Part shown: piece by piece, positions 10,197-18,817 of the stretch
How positions within the stretch are numbered: the stretch's first letter is position 1
Layout of the letters: every line of letters begins with the position of its first letter
NCBI GenBank assembly: GCA_964248365.1
Contig: CAXTYC010000044.1
Location: 1 to 35,732 of the forward strand
DNA length: 35,732 bases
Reading direction: 5' to 3'
DNA from: an uncultured Chroococcidiopsis sp.
GTDB taxonomy: Bacteria; Cyanobacteriota; Cyanobacteriia; Cyanobacteriales; Chroococcidiopsidaceae
Notes under the pieces: model-generated
Seen by the model: only the letters and a program-made list of their open reading frames with translations
Told to the model about the DNA's origin: nothing
Databases searched by the model: none
Made by a program: the position numbers and the translations under genes

Positions 10197-10523
10197 ATGG
10201 ATGCAACACCTAAAGAAATTGGAATATATGAAACATTGGATGGTAAATGTCCTTTTAGAGAGTGGTTAAATTCTTTAAAAGATATTAATGCTAAAGCTAA
10301 AATCCTCAAAAGGATTGAACGGATTAAATTAGGAAACTTAGGAGATTATAAAAGCGTTGGCAAAGGTGTTTGTGAGCTGAGAATAGATTGTGGTGCAGGA
10401 TATAGAATATATTTTGGGCAAGTAGGTAACACTATAGTAATTATTTTATGTGGCGGTGATAAAAACACTCAAGATAAAGACATAATTGCAGCACAGGAAT
10501 ATGGGGAAGATTACAACAGGTAA
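10197..10523 (+). CDS. Type II TA toxin, RelE/ParE superfamily (HI1419-like addiction module killer)
   Basis: PFREWLNSLKD...RIERIKLGNLGDYKSVGKGVCELRIDCGAGYRIYF...LCGGDKNTQDKDI. Confidence 0.9.
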   Translation: MDATPKEIGIYETLDGKCPFREWLNSLKDINAKAKILKRIERIKLGNLGDYKSVGKGVCELRIDCGAGYRIYFGQVGNTIVIILCGGDKNTQDKDIIAAQEYGEDYNR

Positions 10524-10527
10524 TGTA

Positions 10528-10737
10528 ATGGGTAAAAGTATTAGTTTTGATACTTTCTTAATTGAAGAATTTTTGCAAGATTCAGTTCAAGCGGAAGCTT
10601 ATTTGAAAGAGGCGATATCTGAAGGCGACTTGGAATTACTACAAATGTCAGTAGAAAATTTAATGAAAGCAGGCTACGAAAGTTTTACAATTCATCCAAA
10701 AGATTTGTTTGAGAATACTAATATTCAATTAAATTAG
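10528..10737 (+). CDS. Putative antitoxin (HI1420-like N-terminal part, no HTH)
   Basis: ATG lies 4 nt after the toxin stop; 69 aa, acidic, LQDSVQAEAYLKEAISEGDLELL. Confidence 0.65.
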   Translation: MGKSISFDTFLIEEFLQDSVQAEAYLKEAISEGDLELLQMSVENLMKAGYESFTIHPKDLFENTNIQLN

Positions 10738-10822
10738 GTAGGTGGGCATTGCCAGACTATGAATTAATTAAAAGGAATAGACTGTAGGGTGCTTAAATTC
10801 CTAAATCCTTGGAGTCATACCA

Positions 10823-11521
10823 ATGACCACACAAATACAATCTCCCAATCAGCCAGATCTGATCTATCCAGAAAGTGATGGTCAGCCGATGGCAGATAAT
10901 ACTAAACAGTTTCGCTGGATTGTCACTATTAAAGAAGGGCTAGAATGGCTGTTTCAAGATGATCCAAATGTGTTTGTAGCTGGGGATTTGTTGTGGTATC
11001 CCGTACAAGGCGATAATATCACCTGTGCTGCACCTGATGCAATGGTTGTCTTCGGTAGACCTAAAGGAGACAGAGGTTCTTATCAACAGTGGAAAGAAAA
11101 TAATATTGTGCCACAGGTAGTGTTTGAAGTTCGTTCGCCAGGTAACACTCAAACAGAATTGGATAAGAAGCTGGTGTTTTACGATCGCTACAATGTAGAA
11201 GAATATTATTTGTATGACCCTGATAAAGGTGATTTAAGTGGCTGGCTTCGCACAGGTGATAGGCTAGACGTAATTGAGCCAATGTCAGGTTGGGTTAGTC
11301 CTAGATTGGGTGTGAGGTTTGAATTGTCTGGATGTGAACTTGAGCTTTATCGACCTGATGGGGAAAGGTTTGCTACATATGTAGAGTTAGCAGCTTTGAG
11401 AGAACAAGAGCGAAGAGATAAAGAACAAGCAATGCAACAGCTAGAACAAGAAAGAGCGCGCTCGCAACAACTAGCAGATAAACTACGGGAATTGGGTATT
11501 AATCCTGATGAACTACAATAA
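10823..11521 (+). CDS. Uma2-family (DUF820) restriction-endonuclease-fold protein
   Basis: YPESDGQPMADNT, APDAMVVFGRPKG, VFEVRSPGN, EEYYLYDP, and a coiled-coil tail ending KLRELGINPD. Confidence 0.92.
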   Translation: MTTQIQSPNQPDLIYPESDGQPMADNTKQFRWIVTIKEGLEWLFQDDPNVFVAGDLLWYPVQGDNITCAAPDAMVVFGRPKGDRGSYQQWKENNIVPQVVFEVRSPGNTQTELDKKLVFYDRYNVEEYYLYDPDKGDLSGWLRTGDRLDVIEPMSGWVSPRLGVRFELSGCELELYRPDGERFATYVELAALREQERRDKEQAMQQLEQERARSQQLADKLRELGINPDELQ

Positions 11522-11597
11522 AGCTACGACAAGGCAGCGATCGCCACATCCCCCTTACATCACACCAGTATATATAAAAACGAGTAGAGAGTAAACA

Positions 11598-11858
11598 ATG
11601 GGTAGAATCAATCCTTACAACCTACAGATGCAAATTACTCGGATGTTTGAGCAAGGACAATCATTCTTTGCGACAACAAAAGTACAGGATTGGTTGAAAG
11701 AACGTAATCAAAATCCAGCAGACTATGATATAATTTTCCATCAAAAACCTGCTCCTCCAGGCTCAAATCAGGTAATTGCGATTGAAATAGAACTGCGTCG
11801 CAAAGATGGACAGCCTGTGGATCAGTGGTTGCAAGAACAAGCTAATCTTCAAGCTTGA
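11598..11858 (+). CDS. Small hypothetical protein, probably conserved in cyanobacteria
   Basis: 86-aa ORF with a purine-rich leader and ordinary composition (MGRINPYNLQMQITRMF...). Confidence 0.8.
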   Translation: MGRINPYNLQMQITRMFEQGQSFFATTKVQDWLKERNQNPADYDIIFHQKPAPPGSNQVIAIEIELRRKDGQPVDQWLQEQANLQA

Positions 11859-11907
11859 AGCTAATGGCTAATGAGAAAGGGAGCAGGGAGTAGGGGAAAA
11901 ACCTTCT

Positions 11908-12162
11908 ATGACATCCGATCAAGCTCAAGCAGGTTGGTAGAAAAAAGTATTTGCATGGCTGATGGCTCAAGGAATGGCTGAATATGAGCAAGCAGTGAGC
12001 GATCGCAAGCAAGCCTTGTTTTCCCAAGTAAATGGAGATGTATTAGAAATTGGTCCTGGTGCTGGTTCCAACTTACGCTATTATCCAAAAGACATTCACT
12101 CGATTGGAGTTGAACCTAATCCATATATGCATTCCTATCTGCAACAACAAGCAGAAAAGTAA
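11908..12162 (+). pseudogene. Class I SAM-dependent methyltransferase pseudogene
   Basis: ATG 11908, in-frame TAG at 11938-11940, motif I VLEIGPGAGSN and GVEPNPYM; truncated at about 12160 by the IS701 remnant. Confidence 0.85.
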
Positions 12163-13332
12163 AGAAAGGAAAGAAAAAACTCTACAAGGTAGGTAGAGCA
12201 ATGGACGATCGAATTACAAATCCTGAAACATTTGGCAAGAGATGCCTACCCAACAGTAGCAATCGTAGATGAATATTGTGCAGAGTATAAAGACCTGTTC
12301 AAAGAAGTAAGAAATTATGAATGCTTCAAATATTTACATTTAGGGATAATATCACCAATAAAAAGAAAATCACTACCAGAAATAGCCAAAGTAGTAAGTA
12401 TAAACTCGGCACAATCATTACATCATTTTCTAGCCAATTCAGAAGAGTCAGTCTCAAAATTAAAGAGCCGAAGATTAAATAAGTTAAAGAGAGCATTAAA
12501 TGGTCAGGCGATAACCGTAGTAATAGATGAGGGGGATAGGAAAAAAGGTAACTCGACAGATTATGTAGCAAGACTTTATCTAGGAAGCGTAGGGAAAATA
12601 GATAATGGAATAGTCACAGTTAATGCCTATGGAGTTTATGACAAGATAACATTTCCATTATGTTTTAAGGTATTTAAACCGAAGGGGACGCTAAAAGAAG
12701 GAGATAAATATAAAATAAAAATAGAGTTAGCGTCAGAAATTATTACCTCATTAATTAATCAGGGATTTAATATTGAACTGGTACTAGCAGATAGTTTGTA
12801 TGGTGAGCAAGTTTGCCGGACGGAAGCTTCCGTTCCGGCAATGCGTGAAAGTAGTGAATTCATTAAAAAACTCAATGAATATAAATTAGCTTATGTTGTA
12901 GCGATTTCGTTGTAATCATGGAGTCTGGCTGCCAATCGATTTACTAATTTCCAACATATTGAGAAGTGGTGGGAGATTATTTTTTGTGTTTATACCATGA
13001 TTAGCTTAAATTCTCCAGCTTTTTTAGCTTTAACTCAAACAAGTGATACACCACAGATAAAACAAACTAGCTCTGTCAATTTTTCTGATCATCAACAATG
13101 GAATCATGGTTCTGGATGGAAGAATACTTTAAATAATCTTCGTCTAATTGTCCAACCGCTTTCACTATTTTGGTTAGTTTATCCCTGGATAAATATTTTT
13201 CATAATTCCGATTTATTTCTAGGTATCAATCATTTAATTAACGCAATGAATCAATTTAAACCCTGTTACGCTTCTGGATAATTTTACTTGTTTACTATTT
13301 TCTCACTTCGGAAAGTGACAAAAAAGAAATAG
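12160..13332 (+). mobile_element. IS701-family element remnant (internal deletion, left IR missing)
   Basis: ORF 12232-12915 has KRKSLPEIAK, QSLHHFL, VIDE.GDRKKG..TDYVAR.YLGSVGKIDNG and LADSLYGE. It jumps to the C-terminal HIEKWWEIIF...HQQWNHGSGWKNTLNNLRL. A degenerate right end GTGACAAAAAAGAAATAG lies near 13315-13332. Confidence 0.85.
12807..12844. mobile_element. 38-bp palindromic mini-insertion with GTGA direct repeats
   Basis: GCAAGTTTGCCGGACGGAAGCTTCCGTTCCGGCAATGC is flanked by GTGA (12803-12806, 12845-12848) and adds 14 codons between YGE and SSEF. Confidence 0.7.
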
Positions 13333-13355
13333 CAACTAAATGAGGGGCTAGAGAC

Positions 13356-13488
13356 TAGGGCGTGTCTGCAAAGTAAATTTTGTGAATATTTTTTACGAAA
13401 ACTGACATCTTGCGGGAAAAGAAAGACGTAGCCTTGAGGTAATATTCACAAGCTCAAAATCAATGATTTTGTAGTTTGCAGCGCCTTA
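13356..13488. mobile_element. Degenerate MITE-like element with IS5-like ends
   Basis: TAGGGCGTGTCTGCAAA (13356-13372) versus TTTGCAGCGCCTTA (13475-13488), an IR with a 3-nt gap and one mismatch. Confidence 0.4.
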
Positions 13489-13514
13489 TTAAGAAATAAG
13501 AAGTAATAGAAAAT

Positions 13515-14858
13515 ATGAAGCGGCTAATTGTATGTTGCGATGGAACTTGGCAAAAATTGTCTAGTCCGTATCCAACTAATGTAGTCAAAATTGCCCAAGC
13601 TATCAAGCCGAGCGACAGCAATGGAATTCCTCAAATTATCTTCTACGATGAAGGTGTTGGAGCAGGGAATCAAGCAGAAAAGCTGCTTGCAAGAGCTGAC
13701 AAGATTCTTGGTGGTGCTTTCGGAATAGGTATCGACAATAACATTCAGGATGCATATCGCTTTCTTTGCCTAAATTATGACATTGGAGACGAGATTTACC
13801 TATTCGGTTTTAGTCGAGGTGCTTACACTGTACGGAGCCTTGCTGGATTAATTCGTTGTGTAGGAGGTTTACTGCTGCGTAAAAATATCCGCGAAGCACC
13901 TTACTTGTATGAGATGTATCGCGATCGCCAACTCACATTGAAAGAGAAAGAGAAATTCCGCAAAGTACCTAGAATTCCAAAAATAGGAATATATAGTTCT
14001 GTGGCAGAGGAGGTTTATAAAAAGCAAGAGCAGCTTTATAAAGAATGCCTCAACGAGGCTCACCAAATTTATTGCGAGCGGAGCCTTCTTTCATTAGAAG
14101 AAGCACAAGACAATCCAGATTCAGAAAAAGCACAAAAGGACTTGCAACAGAAAGAAGACAAAGTTCGACAATTATTGAGGCGCTATCAAATTCCAGAGCT
14201 AGATGATAAGGAGAGTAGACGCGAGGTCAAGATTACTCTATTAGGATGCTGGGATACGGTTGGAGAGCTAGGCGTACCAGATGAAATTCCTTTCCTGAGT
14301 GAATGGGTGAATGCAAAATATAAATTTCACGATACCTACCTAAGTTCAATTATTGAACACGCCTTGCACGCTGTAGCAATTGACGAGATTCGCAAAGTCT
14401 TTAATGTCAGCCCAATGCAGCAAAAAAATCCTAAATCTACAAATCAAACGCTACACCAAGTATGGTTCCCAGGTGCTCATGGCTGTGTTGGTGGCGGTAG
14501 TTGGAATGAAACTGGGCTATCGAATGCAGCTTTAGAATGGATGATGCTTCAAATTACCGCTCTGGGTCTGAAGCTGGAGTTCGACAGGACGGCTGTTGAA
14601 GGTGGTATTAACCCCGAATATTGGGCTGCATTCGACAATGAACCTGATGAATTTTATCAATTAACAGGGAAACATTGGCGCGACATCATTGGTATCTCTG
14701 ATTCAGAACTTGCTAAATTCCATGAGAGTGTAAAAAATCGCTGGCATCATGCCTTTGACCAAGATAAACCTCCTACTGAACTTTATCGACCAGAAAATCT
14801 TGAGGAATATATTAAAAAGTATCCAAATAATTTTCAAGACTGGAAAACAACGACCTAG
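13515..14858 (+). CDS. DUF2235 (Tle1-like) alpha/beta hydrolase
   Basis: LIVCCDGTW, TNVVK, YDEGVG, LFGFSRGAYTVRSLAG, GCWDTVG, HAVAIDE, WFPGAHGCVGGG. Confidence 0.93.
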   Translation: MKRLIVCCDGTWQKLSSPYPTNVVKIAQAIKPSDSNGIPQIIFYDEGVGAGNQAEKLLARADKILGGAFGIGIDNNIQDAYRFLCLNYDIGDEIYLFGFSRGAYTVRSLAGLIRCVGGLLLRKNIREAPYLYEMYRDRQLTLKEKEKFRKVPRIPKIGIYSSVAEEVYKKQEQLYKECLNEAHQIYCERSLLSLEEAQDNPDSEKAQKDLQQKEDKVRQLLRRYQIPELDDKESRREVKITLLGCWDTVGELGVPDEIPFLSEWVNAKYKFHDTYLSSIIEHALHAVAIDEIRKVFNVSPMQQKNPKSTNQTLHQVWFPGAHGCVGGGSWNETGLSNAALEWMMLQITALGLKLEFDRTAVEGGINPEYWAAFDNEPDEFYQLTGKHWRDIIGISDSELAKFHESVKNRWHHAFDQDKPPTELYRPENLEEYIKKYPNNFQDWKTTT

Positions 14859-14970
14859 GGGCTAGAGCAATTTTGGGGATCATAGATTTTGGATTTTGGA
14901 TTGGGAACTGTCCCATTTGCTTCCCTTTGCTCCCTTTTGCCCTCTGTGTTCCCCCTTGGGCGAAACCACA

Positions 14971-15228
14971 AGAAAATTGGGCAATCGGGCGCAAAAAAGT
15001 TGCCCCTAATTTGTCAACAAGTAAGATCAATTGCAAATATGGCAACTTTTTTGCCCACCATCAGCTTTACGCACCTCGTCCAAACGTTAACCGCATTTGA
15101 GGATAAGGAATTTGGCGAAGAGAAATAAAGCGGGGCTTATTTTGGGAACGATTAGTCGAGGAGGAATGTAGATTAATCGATGAAGCCCCGCTTTATTTCA
15201 GGTCCTGACCACACACGCCCAATTTTCT
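14971..15228. ncRNA. Unassigned highly structured element (candidate ncRNA or non-autonomous mobile element)
   Basis: A 12-bp closing stem (14971-14982 / 15217-15228) encloses a 14-bp stem (14991-15004 / 15041-15054) and a 17-bp stem (15122-15138 / 15183-15199), each extended by inner pairing. Confidence 0.5.
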
Positions 15229-15253
15229 ATAATTTCACGATTACCCTGCTGCC

Positions 15254-18200
15254 TCAACGGGTATTCTCACCACCGAGCAAGTAATTGCGTCCTGCGAGGT
15301 TTCCAACTACGGCAATTAATTCGGAGGGATCTACTGGCTTAGCAAGGTGGATTTGAAAACCAGCCAACAAAGCTTTTTGACGATCTTCAGCACTAGCATA
15401 GGCTGTCAGCGCTACAGCGGGAATGTGTTTTTCTAGCTTGCCATCGTCCGCCCTCAGTTTGCGAATTAGGGTGTAACCATCTTCGTGGGGCATCCCAATA
15501 TCGCTTACCAAAACATCCGGCTGCAATTTCTTGACGGCTTCGAGCGCTTCCCCAGCTGAAGCTACAGTTGTCACTTCGGCTCCACACTGTGCAAGCACTG
15601 TAGCAATTAACTCCCGTGAGTCCGGCTCGTCATCGACAACGAGTACTTTCAAGTTGGCTAGTGTTGGAGTTAGGGGCGACGGCGCAGGGGCGAGTGTTAA
15701 GTTCTGCGCTTGCTCTTTTTGCTGTGGCTCAGGAGTTGGTAGGCGACTAACAGCTGCGATGGGTAGCTCGACAATAAATGTAGCCCCCTGTCCCACTCCT
15801 TGACTTTTTGCACAAACATTGCCGCCGTGCAATTCTACCAAGTGTCGGACAATAGCTAATCCTAAGCCAAGTCCCCCATGCTCTCTGGTAATTCCGGCAT
15901 CAGCCTGACGGAAGCGATCAAAAACATAAGGCAGAAACTCTGGCTTTATACCCAGCCCTGTGTCACTTACTTCGATGTGGACACAGGAAGCAGTTATATC
16001 AAGGCGAACCTCTACTCGTCCTCCCTTGGGTGTAAATTTAACTGCATTAGAGAGCAAATTCCAAAAGACTTGCTGCAAGCGGTTAGGATCACCCAAAACC
16101 ATAAATTGAGAGTCGCTGGGTAATTGGTAATTGGTAATTGGTGATTGGTAGTTGGTAAAGAGTAATTGGTAATTGTTCTGATCTCCCTGAGCCTCCCCAG
16201 ATCGCCCAATTACAAGAGGGTAATTTACAAACTCAAGCGTTATCCCCTTAGCTTGGGCTGCTGGTTGTACGGTTTCAATTGCGGCAACAATTATTGGTAT
16301 CACTTCTACCAGACGGGTTTTCAGGCTGAGTTTGCCTGTAATAATCCGCGATACATCTAGCACATCTTCAATTAGCTGTGCTAGCGATCTGGTATTGCGG
16401 TCAATTGTCTCCAATGCCTTAGTGGTGGTAGCTTCATTAAACTTGCGGGTACGCAGTAGCTGAGTCCAGCCCAGCATAGCATTCAAAGGAGTACGAAGTT
16501 CATGGGAAAGGGTGGCGAGAAACTCATCTTTCATGCGGTTTGCTGCTTCCGCCTCGGCTCTTGCTGAGTGTTCACGCTCTAGCAGCTGTTCGCGTTCCTC
16601 CTCTGCTTGCTTGCGATCGCTAAAGTCGCGCATTATTTTAGCGAAACCTTGTAGCTGCCCAGAGGAATCGCGTAAAGATGTCATGATGCCACTTGCCCAG
16701 AAACGGCTGCCATCCTTACGTATGTGCCAGCGTTCGTCCTCAGCCTGCCCTTCAGTCGATGCCGTATTCAGTTCTTCTTTGTCCGCACCTTGCTGGAGGT
16801 CTTCAGGTGTAAAAATTATAGAGCCTGATTGTCCCAAGATTTCTGCTTCCTGATAGCCTAAAATCTTTTCTGCCCCCGCACTCCAACGGACAACACGAGC
16901 GTTGGTGTCGAGGAGGAAAATTGCGTAATCCTGCACGTTCTCCAGCAACATACGGAAGCGAGCTTCACTACCGCGCAGCTCTGCCTCGATTTGCTTGCGC
17001 TGGGTAATGTCGAGTTGAGTTCCCCACGCTCGTAACAAAACGTTATTTTCAACAATTCCGACAAGATTATTCAAAAAGTACTTTGGTTTACCTTCTTTAT
17101 CAACTTCATAGGATTCGGCGGCATTCAGGTTGTATCCAGAGCGGATAAAGGTACGCAAGTATTCAATATTAAGTGGCTCTGACTGAACAAGAAGATCTCC
17201 TAGCCTTGCCCCGATAATTTCTGCGGGTTGGGAAAAGCCATACATCTGTGCCATAACGTGATTACATTCAACCAGATAGCCATACTGGTAAAATTGCTCT
17301 ATTTGCTGATCTTCTGATAACTCTTTTGACAGCGGCTGCTCTAGTTCAAAGCACCAAATACCTTCTGAACTATGTTCTATAAAAGCGCGGTAACGTTCCT
17401 CGCTTTCCCGCAGTGCCTTTTGAGAAGAGCGTAATTCATCTGCCGATCGCTCTGCTGCGATTCTAGCTCTCGTTTGTGTTCGCGTCACACCGAACAGCAA
17501 CAAGCTAATTGCCAACCCACCCAGCGCGATGTAAGGCACGAAAATTGTGTCTGAATCTGTTTCAAATTCTGGTCGGGAAGCAAAAGCGATCGTCCAAGTT
17601 CGTCCGCCAATATCAATAGTTTTGGTAGTCCTAAACTCAGGTTGATAAGAATTGCTTATATTGCCTTGGGAACTATGCAGCAGATTCTCCCAACTGAGAC
17701 TCTTGCCATCATAAATTTGAAAGTCTACGTTTTGCTGTTTTTCATTGCCAAAAATTCCTGCCATGAAGTCGCCAGCCCGAAAGGGGCTGTAGACAAAGCC
17801 AATCAACTGTGATCTGCGCTCGGCAACCGTGTCTGGTATGCCACCATTGCGGTAAACAGGAATATAGATTAAGAAGCCAGCTTGCTTGTGCTTGTCGGTT
17901 TCCTGTATCAGGGTAACTTTACCCGATGCTGCGGGAGCGCCAGTGTCACGAGCGCGTTCCATTGCATTGCGGCGTTCGCTTTCTGTAAACATATCAAAAC
18001 CGATCGCTTTTTGGTTACGTCGATCTAAGGGTTCTAGATAGATGATTGGGTAATACTCGCTACGCTTAAAATCTGGTCTGATGCTAAAGTTTTCAACGCC
18101 CTGTTTGTGCATTTTGGCAATCAGCGCATCTTTTTCTTGGGGCATTACCAGGGCAGAAAAACCGATTCCTTGTACTCCCAAATAGCGTTGTGGTAGCTTT

Positions 18201-18481
18201 AGACGATTAACAAAGGCACGAAATTCATAAGATCTCACTTGCCCCTTAGCGGCAAATAATCCACTAGTTGCCCGTAGCAGGGTGATATAAATATCTAAAC
18301 GATTTTGAATATTGTCGTGCGTTTCTCCGACTGCACTATCAAACCGCAAGCGATCTTTAGCTTTTACTGTTGTCGCTACGTAGTAAGTTGAGAGTGCAGT
18401 GATCAATAACGCGATCGCCAGGACAAAATAAGGAATCCATTTACGATGCGGTTGACCTAGTTTCAAAAAGTCCGGTTTCAT
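15254..18481 (-). CDS. Hybrid sensor histidine kinase (TM-CHASE-TM-PAS-PAS-HisKA-HATPase-REC)
   Basis: CHASE motif YLEPLDRRNQKAIGFDM; H-box FLATLSHELRTPL; N-box NLLSNAVKFT; G boxes DTGLGI and GGLGLGL; receiver VVDDE, SDIGMP, LAKP. Confidence 0.95.
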   Translation of the reverse strand: MKPDFLKLGQPHRKWIPYFVLAIALLITALSTYYVATTVKAKDRLRFDSAVGETHDNIQNRLDIYITLLRATSGLFAAKGQVRSYEFRAFVNRLKLPQRYLGVQGIGFSALVMPQEKDALIAKMHKQGVENFSIRPDFKRSEYYPIIYLEPLDRRNQKAIGFDMFTESERRNAMERARDTGAPAASGKVTLIQETDKHKQAGFLIYIPVYRNGGIPDTVAERRSQLIGFVYSPFRAGDFMAGIFGNEKQQNVDFQIYDGKSLSWENLLHSSQGNISNSYQPEFRTTKTIDIGGRTWTIAFASRPEFETDSDTIFVPYIALGGLAISLLLFGVTRTQTRARIAAERSADELRSSQKALRESEERYRAFIEHSSEGIWCFELEQPLSKELSEDQQIEQFYQYGYLVECNHVMAQMYGFSQPAEIIGARLGDLLVQSEPLNIEYLRTFIRSGYNLNAAESYEVDKEGKPKYFLNNLVGIVENNVLLRAWGTQLDITQRKQIEAELRGSEARFRMLLENVQDYAIFLLDTNARVVRWSAGAEKILGYQEAEILGQSGSIIFTPEDLQQGADKEELNTASTEGQAEDERWHIRKDGSRFWASGIMTSLRDSSGQLQGFAKIMRDFSDRKQAEEEREQLLEREHSARAEAEAANRMKDEFLATLSHELRTPLNAMLGWTQLLRTRKFNEATTTKALETIDRNTRSLAQLIEDVLDVSRIITGKLSLKTRLVEVIPIIVAAIETVQPAAQAKGITLEFVNYPLVIGRSGEAQGDQNNYQLLFTNYQSPITNYQLPSDSQFMVLGDPNRLQQVFWNLLSNAVKFTPKGGRVEVRLDITASCVHIEVSDTGLGIKPEFLPYVFDRFRQADAGITREHGGLGLGLAIVRHLVELHGGNVCAKSQGVGQGATFIVELPIAAVSRLPTPEPQQKEQAQNLTLAPAPSPLTPTLANLKVLVVDDEPDSRELIATVLAQCGAEVTTVASAGEALEAVKKLQPDVLVSDIGMPHEDGYTLIRKLRADDGKLEKHIPAVALTAYASAEDRQKALLAGFQIHLAKPVDPSELIAVVGNLAGRNYLLGGENTR
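16119..16174. repeat. STRR heptamer array inside the kinase coding sequence
   Basis: Eight GGTAATT-like units encode NYQLLFTNYQSPITNYQLP on the minus strand. Confidence 0.85.
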
Positions 18482-18817
18482 GGGCAGCTTTTACTTTTGT
18501 AAGACAGCAACTATAGCGCTGCCAACAGGGACATATTTTTCTTACTTGTCTTTTTTCAGGTATAGTGGCAAAACATTAGTTCACTCAACCCATAGACGCG
18601 CAGTGGATGCCGAAAATGCGATCGCTCAATACCTATTTTTCCTCTTGAAAATCATGATTTGATAATTTCCCACCCAAATCTACCCAAAGTAATAAGTAAC
18701 ATTACTAAGTTAGCGATTTGTCTTGTCAAGAGTCTCCTAAAATAATCCTTGTGAGCAGCCTCGAATTAGGAATTATTAATTCATCCTTCATCCTTCATCC
18801 TTTCCCTCGCCCCTCCC

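Noticed and set aside
14945..15228. Assignment of the structured element to SRP RNA, hammerhead, pistol or HDV ribozyme, retron msr-msd or Cas12k tracrRNA
   Set aside because: Only isolated short words match (GGTCAGGACC, CGAAAC, CCTCCTCG). The required cores or pseudoknot partners are missing, and no RT or Cas gene is nearby.
18695..18706. AGTA-N4-TACT palindromes upstream of the helicase and at 26475-26486 as LexA or NtcA boxes
   Set aside because: Spacing fits neither the 14-bp cyanobacterial LexA consensus nor GTA-N8-TAC, and such short palindromes are expected by chance in AT-rich DNA.
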